NCBI GenBank assembly: GCA_013265495.1 | Contig: MU057416.1 | Span: 1,172,545 to 1,236,544 of the forward strand | Source: Vicugna vicugna | Lineage: Eukaryota | Direction of reading: 5' to 3' | Length of the DNA stretch: 64,000 nt | In this document: piece after piece, positions 11,291-25,028 of the stretch | Layout of the letters: each line of letters opens with the position of its first letter | Position numbering within the stretch: position 1 is the stretch's first letter | Program-made: the position numbers and the translations under genes | The notes under the pieces: model-generated | Seen by the model: the letters and a program-made list of their open reading frames with translations, nothing else | Told to the model about the DNA's origin: nothing | Database searches by the model: none

Positions 11291-13729
11291 GTCACTGGTT
11301 TTCTAATAGCTTAGTTTTTGATAGGGAAGGTATTTTTTCTTAGTTGTATTTTGTTCAATAATTCTTCTCCTTGGGCCTTTAAATAAAGATCTGTCCTTGT
11401 CTCCCCTCCGCTGTGTACCCCGTTTCCCCTCCTAGCTTTCCGTATCAGAACCTGGCCAAGATGCATTGTCGGAGGTCCCCTCAGAGCAGGTGGCAAAGCA
11501 CAGATTCAGTGGGGAGGTGGGCTTCATGTGACCCAAGTCCGGTAGGGGCCTCTGTGCAGAGCTTAGAACTTCTGTCCCCTAAGGGAACGGTCTCATCACC
11601 GTCAGGACCAAATGATTTATGTACATATGTTTATTTCATTTGAAACACGGAGGCTCCATCATGGGCAAAGAATTGCAGGGCAACTGTTGCCCCCCCATCT
11701 CCCTCAGCCTGGGGCCACAGGGCGTGTGGGAATGGGAGACACCCTGTCATTGAGGGCAGTGCACAGGAGGCTCCTGTAAGGGAGGGCTCGGCTCGATGCT
11801 GGATGGAAAAGACCGCTGGGAAGCCACCAGCAAGGTTGGCTCGGGCTCTCCTGTAATAAGACTGCGCACCCCGGCCGCGTCGACCCCACCTGCTTGGTGT
11901 CTGCGGCCCTGCGAAGGACAGCCTGATCATTCAGAGGAGGGTGTGACTGCAGCTCCACTTGCCAGCCCCTGTCCAGGTGTCAGCGCGATACTGCCGCCTG
12001 GGTCCCCATCTCCTGTGGGAGGAAGCAGTTTTGCAGGACCCCCTGATGACTGGCGAGGTGTCAGGAGGTCTGGCTGGGAAAGAAAAGTTGTTCTGGCCTT
12101 GGCTGTGCCCAGGACTCATGCACCCCACTAGGCAGCCCTGGGTGGGGTGTGTGTGAGCACAGTTGGTGGGTCCCGTGCCCCTCCTGTCAGCACGTGGGGA
12201 GTAAACTAGAAACAGCGGACAGACTCCTTTGGAGAAGGGCAGGCGAGGGGTTGCAGAAGGATACTTGTTTTGCCCACCCGTCTCCAGACTTGTTGGGTTT
12301 GAGGGGGTTTTTTGCCGTCAAATTAAGTGTCCCTACTGAGTTTGGAATGGGGGGGGCTATGAAAGCACAATTCTAGGCAAAGCAGTGGCGCAAGAGGAAA
12401 CGTGAATTCCCTTTCGCTTTTTTGCAGCATTCAGTCCAATTAATGAGAGAGGTTTCCAAATCCAACAGAGAGATCTGATCACAGTGATGAGACTCTGTTT
12501 GCAGTGCTCAAAGCAATATGGACTGTTCACTGTGTAAATCAGAGGACAGGCTTCTCTGTGGAGCACATCCACGCTGACCTAGAACTCACAAGGAGTCCTG
12601 TTCCCTTTCCTTAGCTCCCAGCCTCCCTCCAGAAGTGCTGTGAAAGCTTCCAAAGGCTGGAAAACTAGTGAACATTTGTATCTGTGCATCACAATGTATG
12701 TCCATCTGCATATTAATTCACTTCTGAACCGAGCACAGCCACCTGCACGTCACAGAATTCTCCATGCAAAGTATCTGCGTGAAAGATGGTCTTGCAACAG
12801 CCAGTCTTCCCCATGAGGTGGCAGTTGGTGTGGTCACAATATTTGCTTTACTGTAGCTTTCCTCTAAACATCCTTCCCAGTGCACACCCTCACAGGTTCG
12901 CATGCGTGCGCACACACACACACACGCACACTGGCAGTGACTAGCCTGCAAAGTCTAGCAATGAGTGCATCGCCCCCACATCTTTCCCCGAGAGCATCGG
13001 TTAAATTGTTCCTTGAGAAGTCGGATAAGCAAACCCGGGCCCCCCAGGTTCTCCTTACAATTAGCATTCAATCGGAGCTCTTTACCTTTTCATATACAAT
13101 ATTCTAATTTAGAAGAACGCTCACTAGACACTTGTCAAATAACCACACAGATCTTCGTGCTAATGCCTGGCTGATACACATGCCACGGAGGGTGATGCTG
13201 GCAAATAAGCATTTCCTAAAATTTATGTAATCATTAGAAATTCAGAGAGGATTGATTAGCATTCAAGAGATGCCGCTGTTCAATATTTACACCATAGAGA
13301 TTTGGCAGAAGCAAATAACGGCACATAAAGTTGATGCTTGTCTTAATTAAATGCAGTATAATAGGTGTTGTGTGGAATTTTTTTTCCTTTCAGTAAGCAG
13401 AGCGGTTTAGCAAGGCCCAGATATAATTCATTTTGGAGTTCTAAGTTTGAAACGAATCGATACGTCTTTACAGCCGTGGAAGAAGTGATCATCGTTCGTT
13501 ATCTGCCGGCACGAGAATATAATTGCCTGAACAGCATTTACTTAGGCGTAGTTCTGAACAGCTTGTGCCTAAAAATATTTATCCTTTTTCCATTGTTAAT
13601 ACTGATATTGTCGTTCTGCTAACTGCCGCTGTTTAGGGAGATGCTTTTCCAGGCTTGTACTGTTCAAAGAGAAAATGATTATTATATTAGTATTACTGTC
13701 GTCTATGGTGGATCTTTTTTTAAGGTACA

Positions 13730-13935
13730 GTTTTTTTCTCATTTTTTAAAATCATGGTGAAATATACATAACACGACATTTACCACTGTGCCGATTCTGA
13801 AGTGACAGGTTGGGTGGCGTTAAGTACATTCGCATCGTTTTGCAGCCGTCACCCCCGTCCGTCTCTGGAATGCCTTTCATCCCCCAGAATTGGAACTCTA
13901 TACTTATTAACAATAACTCCCCGTTCCCCTAACGC
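13730..13935 (-). mobile_element. Old L1 (L1M-type) 3' end fragment
   Basis: ggtgaaatatacataac...taagtacattcgcatcgttttgcagccgtcacc...aataactcccc, typical of L1MA/MB 3' UTR reverse complement. Confidence 0.7.
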
Positions 13936-13999
13936 CACCACATAGAACTTTTTTATTTAGAAAGTACTCTTATGTATAACGTAAAGTGATAAGTTAGTC

Positions 14000-14380
14000 A
14001 TTTTATGGAACGAGAGTAGATTCAGAGACTCCGGCTGAGGGTCCCAAGGCCACACAGCTCAGTCTGAGCCTAGGACCCACGCAGGTCTCCCAGTCGCAGC
14101 CTGTGGTCATCCATCTGCCCTCGCAGGGAAGGAAGTCTTGCGATTTGGGTCTGATGTAGGAAGGCAGGAAAGGGGAGGCATTTGTAACTAGCTTCCTACT
14201 GCGGACGTGGGAGAGACGCAGGCTGAAGTCCAGATTCTCAGGCAGCATAGATCCTCTCAGTTTCCCCATCAGTAAAACCGAAATAATAATGGTCTACCTG
14301 AGTGCTGTTGTGGGGGTTGAATGCAATCATTATTATGAAGAACGTGGCCCAAGGTCTGGCACACGGTACCAATAATTATT
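14000..14380. mobile_element. Two MIR relics in opposite orientations
   Basis: cccaaggccacacagct (14043-14059) and MIR core ctcagtttccccatcagtaaaa..gaaataataat...ctggcacacggta. Confidence 0.65.
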
Positions 14381-17099
14381 GTTCAAAACGTCTCTATTGA
14401 CATCGGCAAAAGTCGTATAATGACGGCCCCTTACTGGAAAACGCCTCTTCCTGAATACTATCCCTGGTGTGCAGATTGTATGAGAAAGCTCTTCCTTGTG
14501 GCAGCAATAACTACTCTTAATTCAGTGCCGGGACATGGTTTGAAATCTTCGATCTACTGACCGAAGGCGCCATTACTACCTGTGATATTTTGAAATATGT
14601 CAGAGGCAGTGAAGTCAAGCCAAGGCCCTTTACTTCACCGGCCACCTCTTCAATCCCCAAATCAAGCCCAAATCAAACAATAAACAGTCAGTCTTCTTCC
14701 GAGGCAGGTAGTGACGTTCTGACAGAGCCGGGGTGGCCAGGGAGACACCGGCTCCCTGGAGAACGTTCACTCCCAGGAGCTCTTCAACTTTCAGCCCAAA
14801 TGTTCTAGAGTTATAAAAAGCTCTGTAGTTAACTTTACCTAAAAAGATTGTAAATTCTTTCAGACTTGTTAATACTTATTCGCTAACTCTCATGACTAAT
14901 TAGAAATTATGACATCAAATAGAATGACAGCTTTCACTTAGAGAAAGGCAGCTGTTTTGGGGGGAACAAAAATTCTGGGTAATGAATTCCTTCCAAGGGA
15001 CCATCTTTGGAATTTGAGAACTAAAACCTTTTAGAGAGATCAACTTTGTTCTTTATTTAACAAAGTTTAAATAAAATAATAGGATGCTTTATTGATAATA
15101 ATTGTTGATAGTGATTAGATAATAATATAAGCAGACTCCCCCGAGCACCACCGTCATATTTGTGGCTTCAAACTCCAGGGACTCAGTAGGGTGGGAAGAT
15201 AGAGTGGAAAGTGAATCTGTGCATGTTTTAAAATATCTGGGGCCCCGAGTGTCGGCCCTCCCACCGTAAGCAGGACGCGAGGGGCTTGAGGACGCGCTGA
15301 CTGATGCTGGCAGCACCCCCGCTTCGTAACGACGTGCGAGCCTCCCGTGAGCTTCCGCTCCCTGGCTGTAAAACGCAGACACCGGGCGAGGTGCACCCTC
15401 AGGTCTCGGTTCAAGGTCACCTTCTCCGAGGCGTCTTCTTTCTGTAGCTTCACAGACAGACTCACACTTCTTCCTGTTGCTTCTTTCACAAAACCTCCAC
15501 TTACCGTATTGTTTTTGCCAGCCCTGCTTCCATTCCGCCGTCCAAGCACCTAGCGCCATGCCTGGAATGCAGTTCCCGCTGGAAGCAGTGAGCGCGCTCA
15601 GTTACAACAGCGGCCGCCCGGTGTGCGGCTTCCGCGGGCGGGGGGCGCGCCTTGTGCGCCGTTCTGATCCGCTCCGCAAGCCTTAGAGGACAAACCAGCC
15701 GTTCCTGTTTCAGTACGGTTCCCTGAGATCAGAGATGTCAAAGCACCACCGGGGATGACCCAGCTGGAAAGCAGAACAGAGATGTGCACACGTCAGCCTC
15801 CAAAGTCCAGATTTTCTCCGTGACCCACTGCTGCTTTCTTGATGAAGGGATGAAACGTGTAAACTGCAAAGCACTAGACGCTGCCTGTCACTTACGATGA
15901 TGGTGACGGCCCGTTCCAAGTGGGCCAGCGGGAATCCAGAGGGTATCTGATCTTTCTGCGTCTTATCTGGAACAACAGGCGTTGAGTACCCACCCCACGC
16001 TTCCGTGGCCAGCAGGCCCCTCGCCAGCCCTCCGCTCGGTGTGGTTCCCCAGGGCTGCCAGTTCCCAGCTGTGTTTAGGAAGGAGACGGCAAGTTTTCCC
16101 AAGGCAAAGTCAGAAGCCCTGCCGAAATTGCAGGACCCTTGGCATTCACGCTGCCTTGTTGATTCTATGCAGATTTTCTTTCCAACGTGAAGAAGCATCT
16201 GGTGTCCAAATTCCTATCTCCCAAATCTTCACTGTGAACAAAATCTTAGACTGCATCAGACATTCTTAGCCTGGGTTGTTATCAGATTCCTCCTTCCCTC
16301 CTCTTACTGGCTTCAGACTCAGAAGACCGGGCTTCACAGAGGGGGAGAATAGGAGACAGAGATGGAAAATGAATGTGTGCCTGTTTTAACCAAAATTAAA
16401 GTTTTTATCATAGAAATCTTTAGTATGTTCCTGATACTCATAGTCAGGATAGAGTTTTAGTAATTATCTATTTCTTTAAAAAAAAAAAAGGTATTGTGAT
16501 TGCTTGCCGCAGAAATTATAGGCCAAATTGGATAACCACATGTTCTGGCATCCGTCCAGAACAACTCCCATCAAAAAGGATCAGGTTCATGAATACTGTA
16601 ACAGTATCATTTCTAATTATAACTTCAGGGAACTTCCTCTCTCCAAGAGGGGGCTGCAGAAACTTATTCTTATCTTACAAAAGAATGAGGCTTGTAGGAT
16701 TAAAAAACATCTGAGTGCACCCTTTTTGCTCCATGTTGTTTTCCAGATTCCTATTTTGATTCCTGCAGCTCTGAGATCCTTAGTAAATCCAGAGCCTGAA
16801 TCGTCATCTTCCCAGATCCAGAGAATTTCATCATTCAGTGCACACCACAGCTTACTGATTCATTCTCCGGGTGGTGGGCGTTTACTACAAACAACACAGG
16901 GAAGATTTTTCTCCCCATCTCCCTGTACGTACGTCGCTGGGAATCCTTTTCAGTCTGGAAACCACCAGATTGTTCTTCAGAGTGACCGTGCCACATGGGT
17001 CCCTAGCCATGGTGACAGAGCTCCTGTATCTCCACGTCGTCCACCCGCTTACTGAATTTCTATCCTCCTGCTTTAATTTACATCCTGACTGCATGTGAG

Positions 17100-19110
17100 G
17101 TTAGGAATCTTTCCTGAAGTACCTGTTCATGACTTTGCCCATTGGGATGTATGCCTTTCTGCACTGATTTGAAGGGTTCTCTTTAGATAGAAAGATAGAT
17201 GGATGGATGGATAGATAATCTAAGAGAGAAGTTTGCCTTTTCCTTTTCCTTTATTTAATGTATATGTTCTTTCTCAGAAGTAGCCATATTTATTAGTACT
17301 TTCCTATGTGGATTTTGCTTTTCCCTTCCCTGCCTTTGAGGTAATAAAGTTAATTTACCTTTAGCTTTTTTCCAAATATATTAAGACCTTAATTTCCATA
17401 CTTAGATCTTCAATATGCCCAGAACTTATTTTTGTTTATACTATAGGGTAGGGATCTAGTTTTTATTTTGTTTTGTCTTCTTTTCTTTTCTTTACAGGTA
17501 GCCTCTTGTCCAAACACTAATTACTGAATGGCTTGTCTCTCCCACTATTTTTAACGCCACTTTTCTTGTGTACTCAAGATCTGCATGTGTGTGGATCCCT
17601 TTCTGGACTTTCTACTTTGTTCTGATGGTTTGTTTGATTATCACGTGCTAATTTCACACATTTTAAGTATTATAATAAATCTTTGATTTATGGTTAAGTA
17701 GTCCCTCTACCTTTATTTCAAAATAGTGTTAATTGTCCTTGCCCTTTTGCTTTTCCGTATAAACGTTAGGATTGGCTTGCTGTAATTCTACAAATAGTCT
17801 GGCTGGGATTTTGAGTAGAATTGCCTTGTATTTAGAGACTAATTTGGGGAGAATTACTTTCTTTACAGAACTGAGCCCTTCCCATCCACGCACATAGTTT
17901 ACCTTTCCCTTACTAAGCTGTCCCTTGGTGCCCTCAACAATGCCTTGTCATTACAAGGTTATGCATATTACTGAGTCTTTTAAATATACTAGGGCCTCCT
18001 TTGTGATGTGCTATTTAGTTAGTTTTTGTGAGTGTAGCATGTGTACTGAAAATACAGTCTCACTCTGTTAGGTGCTAAGCTTTATTTGTTTATTCTTGGT
18101 AATTTTTTGTATCTTCTTGATGAATTATTTCTTGTGTTACTCTAGTGTTCCTCTTTTTTTCTTTTTAATGCTTTTATCTTAAAACCAGCTTTGTCTGATA
18201 TTGAGAGTCTTTCATTAGCTTTTAAAAATTACCGTTGAAATTTCTCCCCCATCTCTCTGTTGTCAATTGCTCAGTTGATTCAGTGGCGTTTCTGTGTTTG
18301 CAGGCATGCCTTGTAAGCACCGTGTGGCTAGACTTTGTTAAGTTTTTATCCAGTCTGTAATCTCTTTGTAACTTTTAATGTTGAGAGTCTTTAGATTTAC
18401 AGGAAGTTGCAAAAAAATCATCCAGGGAGGTCCCACGTGCCCTAGACACACTTTCGCCAATGCCAGCATCTTGCAGAACTACAGTCACTGTAAAAACGAG
18501 GACGTGACATTGGTACAGACCACACGGAGCTTATTCAGTTATTCAGCTTGCTTATTTCACCAGTTCAGCACTCGTCTGTGTGTTTGCACTTGTGTGTGGT
18601 TCCTGTAATTTTGTCATGTGTGTGGACCGGTGTACCCACCAACACAGTCATGATACAGAACCTTCCTGTCACGGCTTTTTGGTGCTGCCTTTGACACCCA
18701 CGCCTCCCCTTTCCCTCCTTCTTAATGCCTGGCCATCGCTCATCTGTTCTCCGTAATTTTGATGTTTCAGGACTGTTACATAAGTATCATTATGCAGTTT
18801 GTAGCCATTTGGGACTGGCCCTTTTTCACCCAGTAATATTCCCTTGACATTCATTCATGTTGCTGCATTTTGTGGCCGCGTGGTAGCCCTTGGCATAGAT
18901 GTGCCACAGTTCTTTTCACTGTTCATCTGTTGAAGGACATTTGGGTTGTTCCCAGTTTAAGGCTGTAAACAAACAAAGCTGCTATCAGCATCCTGCACAG
19001 GTTCTTGTGTGGACATAGGTTTTCTTTTCTCTGGAATAAATGCCCAAGGGTGCTTTTGCAGGCATAGGGCAAGTGCATGTTTATAATCTGTATTTTAAAA
19101 AGTGGGTTCA
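17100..19110 (-). mobile_element. Cluster of old L1M fragments (ORF2/3'UTR-derived, antisense)
   Basis: T-rich L1-like motifs: gggattttgagtagaattgcc, aatttggggagaatt, gaaggacatttgggttgttcccagttt, aaagctgctatcagcatc, ggaataaatgcccaag. Confidence 0.7.
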
Positions 19111-19336
19111 ATCTGTTTACTGGTAAACCATCCTAGTCTTTGTATGCATGAAAACGTTTCCAGTTGTGCCTGACCTTGAAGAGTAGCTTAGCTGGATATA
19201 AAACAGTAGGTTGGCGAGATCCTGTAACACTGGAGGAGTCGATCAGGGTCTCCTGCCTTTTCTCACTGGTAACTTTCGTGGTTTTCTCCTTATTGCCAAT
19301 CAGTATCTTACACTTTGACCACAGGGTGTCTAAGTA

Positions 19337-19561
19337 CAGTTGGCCCTTGAGCAACACAGATCTGAACTGCACGGGTCCACATACATGTGGATTTTTTTCA
19401 ATAAACACATGCAGTACTACACAACACACGGTTGGTTGACCCTGTGGATGTGGAAAAAACATGGATGCGGAAGGCTGATGATGGGGCTTGAGCATCTGTG
19501 GATTCTAGTATCCATGGCAGGTCATGGAACCCATCCCCTTCGGACACTAAGGGGCAGCTTG
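19337..19561. mobile_element. TcMar-Tigger-type non-autonomous DNA transposon (MER2/MER8/Tigger2-like)
   Basis: TA flanks at 19335-19336 and 19562-19563. Starts cagttggcccttgagcaacacagatctgaactgcacgggtccac and ends ggaacccatccccttcggacactaaggggcagcttg; imperfect terminal inverted repeats. Confidence 0.8.
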
Positions 19562-22500
19562 TACCAGAAGTGCACATCCAGTTAGAGGACGCCGGAATGG
19601 AAGGAAATTACTCTTTCCTATGTCACTCTCTGTAAATCCCTGTTAACTCCTATTAGACGTGTTGGAGTTTCGCAGTCCATCTTTTCTCTTCTTTCTCATG
19701 CCTTTTCCCCTCCTCACCTCAGTGGGCTGCCTTTTGTGTTAATCGCACTTTCTAATTCTCTCTCCAGCCACATCTAGTCTAGCATGCATCCTGTCAGTTA
19801 AACCTTCTGAGTCATTACATTTTTGTTTTGAAGATTTCTAAAAGGTTATTTTCTATATATCTCTAGTAAGGTTTAATTTTTGCCAATTTTGTATTTTTTT
19901 TTACCAAAAAGTACCCCTTTCTCTCTTGAACACTCTTTGTAAACTAATTTTAAAATGCTCATCGTCCCCAGAAACTGTCTCTTCTGGAGCGAGCTGGCGT
20001 CTTGATTGTGGGTGTCGGTGTCCTGGGCGACGTGGGTCTCTGTGGTTTTCCACACTGTGCTTTGTGGACTGGGGTTGAACGGGATCTCTGGTAGCGGCTG
20101 CACCTGCCTCTCTCTCTCTCTCTCTCTTGCTGTTGCTCTTGCCCGCTCTGTGCTCACTGATCTTTACTCAGCATCCCTGGGTTTGCTTCCGTCTGGAGCC
20201 GCAGGAGCCCGGCTTCGGAGGCAGGTCCTACGCTGCGCTCAGGCCTCTGCTGTGGTGACATCAGCGGAAGCTCAAGTCCGGGCATGGAGGCAGCAGGCGC
20301 CCTGCCTGCCCCAGTCCAGGCACACGCTTCCCTGCCGCGCGGGCGTAGAGGGAGTTTCTCTTCTTGGTCTCTCTCTCCGGCCTCCTTTTACAGAAGGGGC
20401 GGCAGTGCGGTGGCACCCCGCCCTGGCCCTGCGCCTGCTCCACGTCCCGACCTCAGGCAAGGCCTGACTCCGGCTCCTGACTCATCAGCCCGTCACCCTC
20501 CAGCTGCTGGGCTCCGGCTGCTGTGACCGTTTCGGCCCCGGCCACTGCTCTGCAGATCTGCCCTGTTTCTGACAGAGATGTTGGTATTGTGGGTATGGGG
20601 GCTTGCTGAAGGCACCTTAGGATATATTTAAGATCTGATTTTCTACTGATAAGAAGATCTTCATGGCTTTTAAATGTTAAATAAAATCAAATCTTAACTA
20701 TTGATTAAATAACCATCACGTGCAGACTGCTGGGGCAGCGCACGGCCATGCCCGGCCCGTCCATCTCTGAGAATCACGGCTCCCAGACCACCCGGACGGC
20801 CCCAGACCTCCTCAGTGCCTCCAAAGCTCCACGCAGGAGCTGTGTATCTACCTGCAGTAAGACTGCAGAGGCTGAATGACACGAAGTCCCTCATTTTTAC
20901 TTACCTGTAGAAGTCAGGGTACCACTGATCACCTCCCGCTGAGCGGGGGTCCAGCTGGTGGTTTCATAAGTTTTTCACTAGTTGTACAAAATAGGAGTTT
21001 GCTTAATTATTAGCTAATAATCATGTTAGTTAAAAAAAACTTTCAAAAATAGGGAGATAGAACAGTACAGTAGAGTGGGGGAAAGTAGGGACTGAGACAG
21101 AAGGGGAAAAGATTGGAATCAAAAATGAGATTCACGGACTGTGCACAGTTGGAGTGAAAAATAATTTTTAAAACAACCTTCTTCATAAACTTAAAATGTA
21201 TTAAAATTGCCACTTCTGTATCAGCGGTTTTCTCTTTAACACATTTCATTTGCCAATAAATAGTCCATAAAAGTGGAATAAAACCTGATCTCCAGGCACA
21301 AGGACAAGTGAAGGGGGCCCTGTGGCTGTTCTCTGTCCTCTTCATCTCTGTGTCCTGCTGTTGGTCAAACCTGGGACCCGGGGCGCCTGTAGACAGAATC
21401 GACACATGTTTGCACGTCTTAGTGCTGGAAATCCACACCCCACGTTCATTCAGGAGAGTGACCGTGGCCGTGAGACTGGGTGGCGGCAACTGGTGTGTGG
21501 CCAGGGCTGCTTCCCGCCCTGCGTGGCCCCGAGGGCCCTGTCTCACTGCCACAGTGGGGCTGGGCACTCCTTTCCTGGCTCTGAGGTCAGAGCCTCCTTG
21601 ATTCTGACCATGACCCACCGGGTCAGTCTGTCAGCCACCCAGTCCCTAGTGCCTGTCAGCGACCCACAGCTGTGACCCGCACCCACTCATCCCCCCGACA
21701 CACCGCAGGTGCAGTAGGGGGATAAGATTAGGGAGGAGGGACCCTTCTCACGGGCGGGGATTCTGGCACCTGCGGGAGTAGCCCCTGGGGCCGTTTGTCA
21801 CAAGGATGTGGAAGGAGCTGAGAAAGCCCCGTGTGTGTGCGTCACAGTGCAGGGAGCACACGCAGTCACGAGCGCCCTGCGGTTGGGAGCCCGTCCCGCG
21901 TCGCTGTGCACCCCGACCGTGTGCAGCGCAAGGCCACCTGCGGGACTTAGCTTCTCTTTCCAGCTGCGGACTCGCCATGTGAATGTTGCTTCTGCCAGGA
22001 CCCCTGCAGTCATCTGTTCATACCGGGGTCTGTCCCACTGGTCTGAAGCCCACAACCCCAGTCTTGGCAGTGAGCAGGTGTCGAGGGAGCCTGGAATGGC
22101 GATGGATGGATGGACAAAACATTCAGTGATTCAACGCCATGTCGAGCAATCTGAAGAACTCTTTCACACGCTTTCTTTTTCTACCCCAATTCATTCTATC
22201 CTCAGAATGACACACAGAAGGGAACCAAAATCAAATGAAAACCTAAGAACTTAACCTCTGTTTCGTCATCCTCGGTAGGCACTTAGTGGAGGCAACAGGA
22301 AATTGTGCTATTCATACAAAGAGTTAATAGATGAACCAGTTGACCCATTGCTGGGCTGCTTTTACGGCGTCCATCTGGTGTAAAGGCAAAAACAGCCCTG
22401 GACACAGTGAGGATCATTTATATTTAATGCCTCTGTGTTTATAGCAGTGAGACCCTGCATGATTATCAGCACCACTTACAAATATGGCTTCTTGCTAAAT

Positions 22501-24909
22501 AATTAATACGTTGGATGGAGGAGAGCTTCAAACAATACTCAGAGCTCCAGTAATTAATGGACTGATTACAAGATGCTTGTAAAATGGCTTAAACGTTACG
22601 AGGACAGCAGAGATGTAATTGTTTTAGAGGTGATTCTGTGTATATAAATGTGGGAAAGTGGTCAACAAAAATGGTGGAGGTTGGGAGAGAGAGAAAGGAG
22701 AAGAAAGAAAGGAAAAGAGGTCACAAGGTGGCACAGTAACTTAGAGGACGTGGCTATTGATGTGAGCTTTTTTAAGGCTCTATGGAGGCAGAAGCAGGCA
22801 TCGTGGGGGCCCCGTTTTTCAAGCATGACTCGAATGCTGTAAGAGCATTATCCACGAGTCTCAGGGCTCCATGTGCCTCCTTAGACGGCAGGAACCACTG
22901 GTGCACGTCCTTCCAGCCTAGCCACCTTTTCTGACCCGGGAACAAAAATGCTCTTTGCTACCAGTGTCCCAAGTCCCATGCCTTTTGGAGTTAGGAATTA
23001 ATGGTACCTCGTGATTTTCCCTCTATTGTTTGCTGTCCTCAGAAGTGATCTACGCTCTGAGCTTTCTTAGAGTCTCTGATGTTTCGGCTCCAGAGAGAGG
23101 AGGGGAGAAAGGAAGGAGGTCCTTCTGGTCCTTCTGGCTGCGCACCACCCAGCTGAAGTGACCCCGCTCTGCAGGAAGGGGGGCCTCTTGAGAAGGTGAA
23201 ACATCGTCTGGTGTCCCCTAGCGCCTTCCCGGGCAGCTGGTCTGTTAGGACGTATCGGGCAATGACAGGAGGGTCTTTTTAAGGAAGGCCTTGGGTTCCA
23301 AGTTAGCAGGAACCATCCATCAGTTCCTAAGATTGTGCCATGATTTACTGTCAGAGCATCACGCGGTCTCTGATTTTCTGCCTCCCGTGAAACATTGTGC
23401 TTTCCTTTTCTATTGATGTATCAACTATAATAGTTACAAGCAGCTGCAGAAAAATCAATAGGGAGCTTTCAACACCGTGTACATCAAGTCAGGAGCCGGG
23501 CGCAGCGGCAGCGCACCTGGGCAGACCCTGCCCCCTCGACGGGAGCTGCGCCCGCGTGGTCGGTTGCCACCAGACTGAACGGAAGACGGTGGGTTCGGCA
23601 CATCAGCTAGAGGGAGTTTTAGAAGTCCTGCTGTATTTGAAACAGAAGAACTGAGAGCCCGGGAAGGGCACTCAAAAGGCACAGAGAATGTGATCAGCTT
23701 TCAGAAAAGCAGCCTTGCCCAGACAGGCGAGCATCTGGGCAAGAAGACGCACACCCCACGTGTGTTGTTTCGCAACTGTCTCCTTTGGTCCTCTGGACCA
23801 CAGGAGGCTCTCCAGGCTACTCCTCCCCGACCAGCCCCTCAGCAGGAAGTGACCACTGCCGGGCTGAAAGCTGCCGTGGCCACGGGCCGGCCCGGCCCCA
23901 CAGTGAGGACCCTGCAGACCGGGGCCGTGTAAAGCGGTATCGTCGGAGCCGTCACCAGCTGCAGCAGGAAGCCCAGACAGGCGGTGGACGAAGCTGAGTT
24001 TCTCTTCTAGAGCACAGGTTGGAAAAAAATAAAGACTTGGGATTTTAAAGCAACAAGTACCCTTATTTGCTTCTATTCTGTGCCTGTAAATCCAGAACAA
24101 AACATGGAAACTGCCCGTCTGGGGCACGGGAAGACCTCAGAACCCCTCCAGCATTTCGGCATCACCTTGAACAACGTAAAGAGGAGGTTTCCAAAGCAGA
24201 TCCTCCCAAGTCCGGTTCTGAACCGCGTGGAGTCAAGTCCTACTGGATTTCCAACCTCAAAATGCACGAACAGTGAAATGCACACAGACAGACACCCCTC
24301 ACTGTCCGATGGCCATGAGCCATGGACACGCGCTCATTTTCCACTCCATGCTCCAGCTCCAGCCCTGGTCAGAAAAATGATCTTTAGACGTAACGTGTTT
24401 ATCAAGAAGGCAGGAACTTGTGCCTGGATGATTTCTGCGTCTGTGTGAGAGCCTTGCAGAACAACAAACAGTTTTTGGAAATGCCACTCGACGTTAGAGA
24501 AGCAACAAGCCGGTGGAAACCTGGGGCAGGACAGCAGCCTCCCCAGACCGGCACTTGAGGCTGCGGACGCGTCTGAGTTAGAGGGTTGACCTCTTTGGGT
24601 TGTTGGGGGGGTGGGGAGGGAGGGAGGAAAGGTTCAATGATGGACTTCTCAAATGTTCCATTTTCTTTCCTATTTTCCCCACCTTCTGGGATTTTGTTTC
24701 TCCCTCCCGTGTTTATATGCTACCAGAGATTGTGTGAGAATTTTAGTTTCCCTCTGACATTCTGACGACAAAGTGAAGCGTCACAGCTGTGGGCACCGCA
24801 TCAGGTTTGATGTTCCAAACGGTTTGCCCCACGAGGCCGTGACCTCAGGGCGGGAGAGCCTGACCCTGGCTAGTCAGGTAGCCGTGACAGCCACAAGGTT
24901 AGCCTTTTT

Positions 24910-25028
24910 TTGTTTTGTTTTCAAATTTTTATTTATTTTATTTACTTTATAGAGGTACTAGGAGTTGCACCTGGGATCTCGGGCATGCTAAACACATGCT
25001 CTGTCACTGGGCTGTACCCCCACCCCAG
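24910..25028 (-). mobile_element. vic-1-like SINE, diverged
   Basis: T-rich tail then agaggtactaggagttgcacctggg...gctgtacccc. TSD ggttagccttttt / ggttagtcttttt. Confidence 0.8.

Noticed and set aside
16528..17055. 175 aa ORF in AT-rich intron
   Set aside because: Non-ATG start, no recognisable homology, no supporting exon structure.
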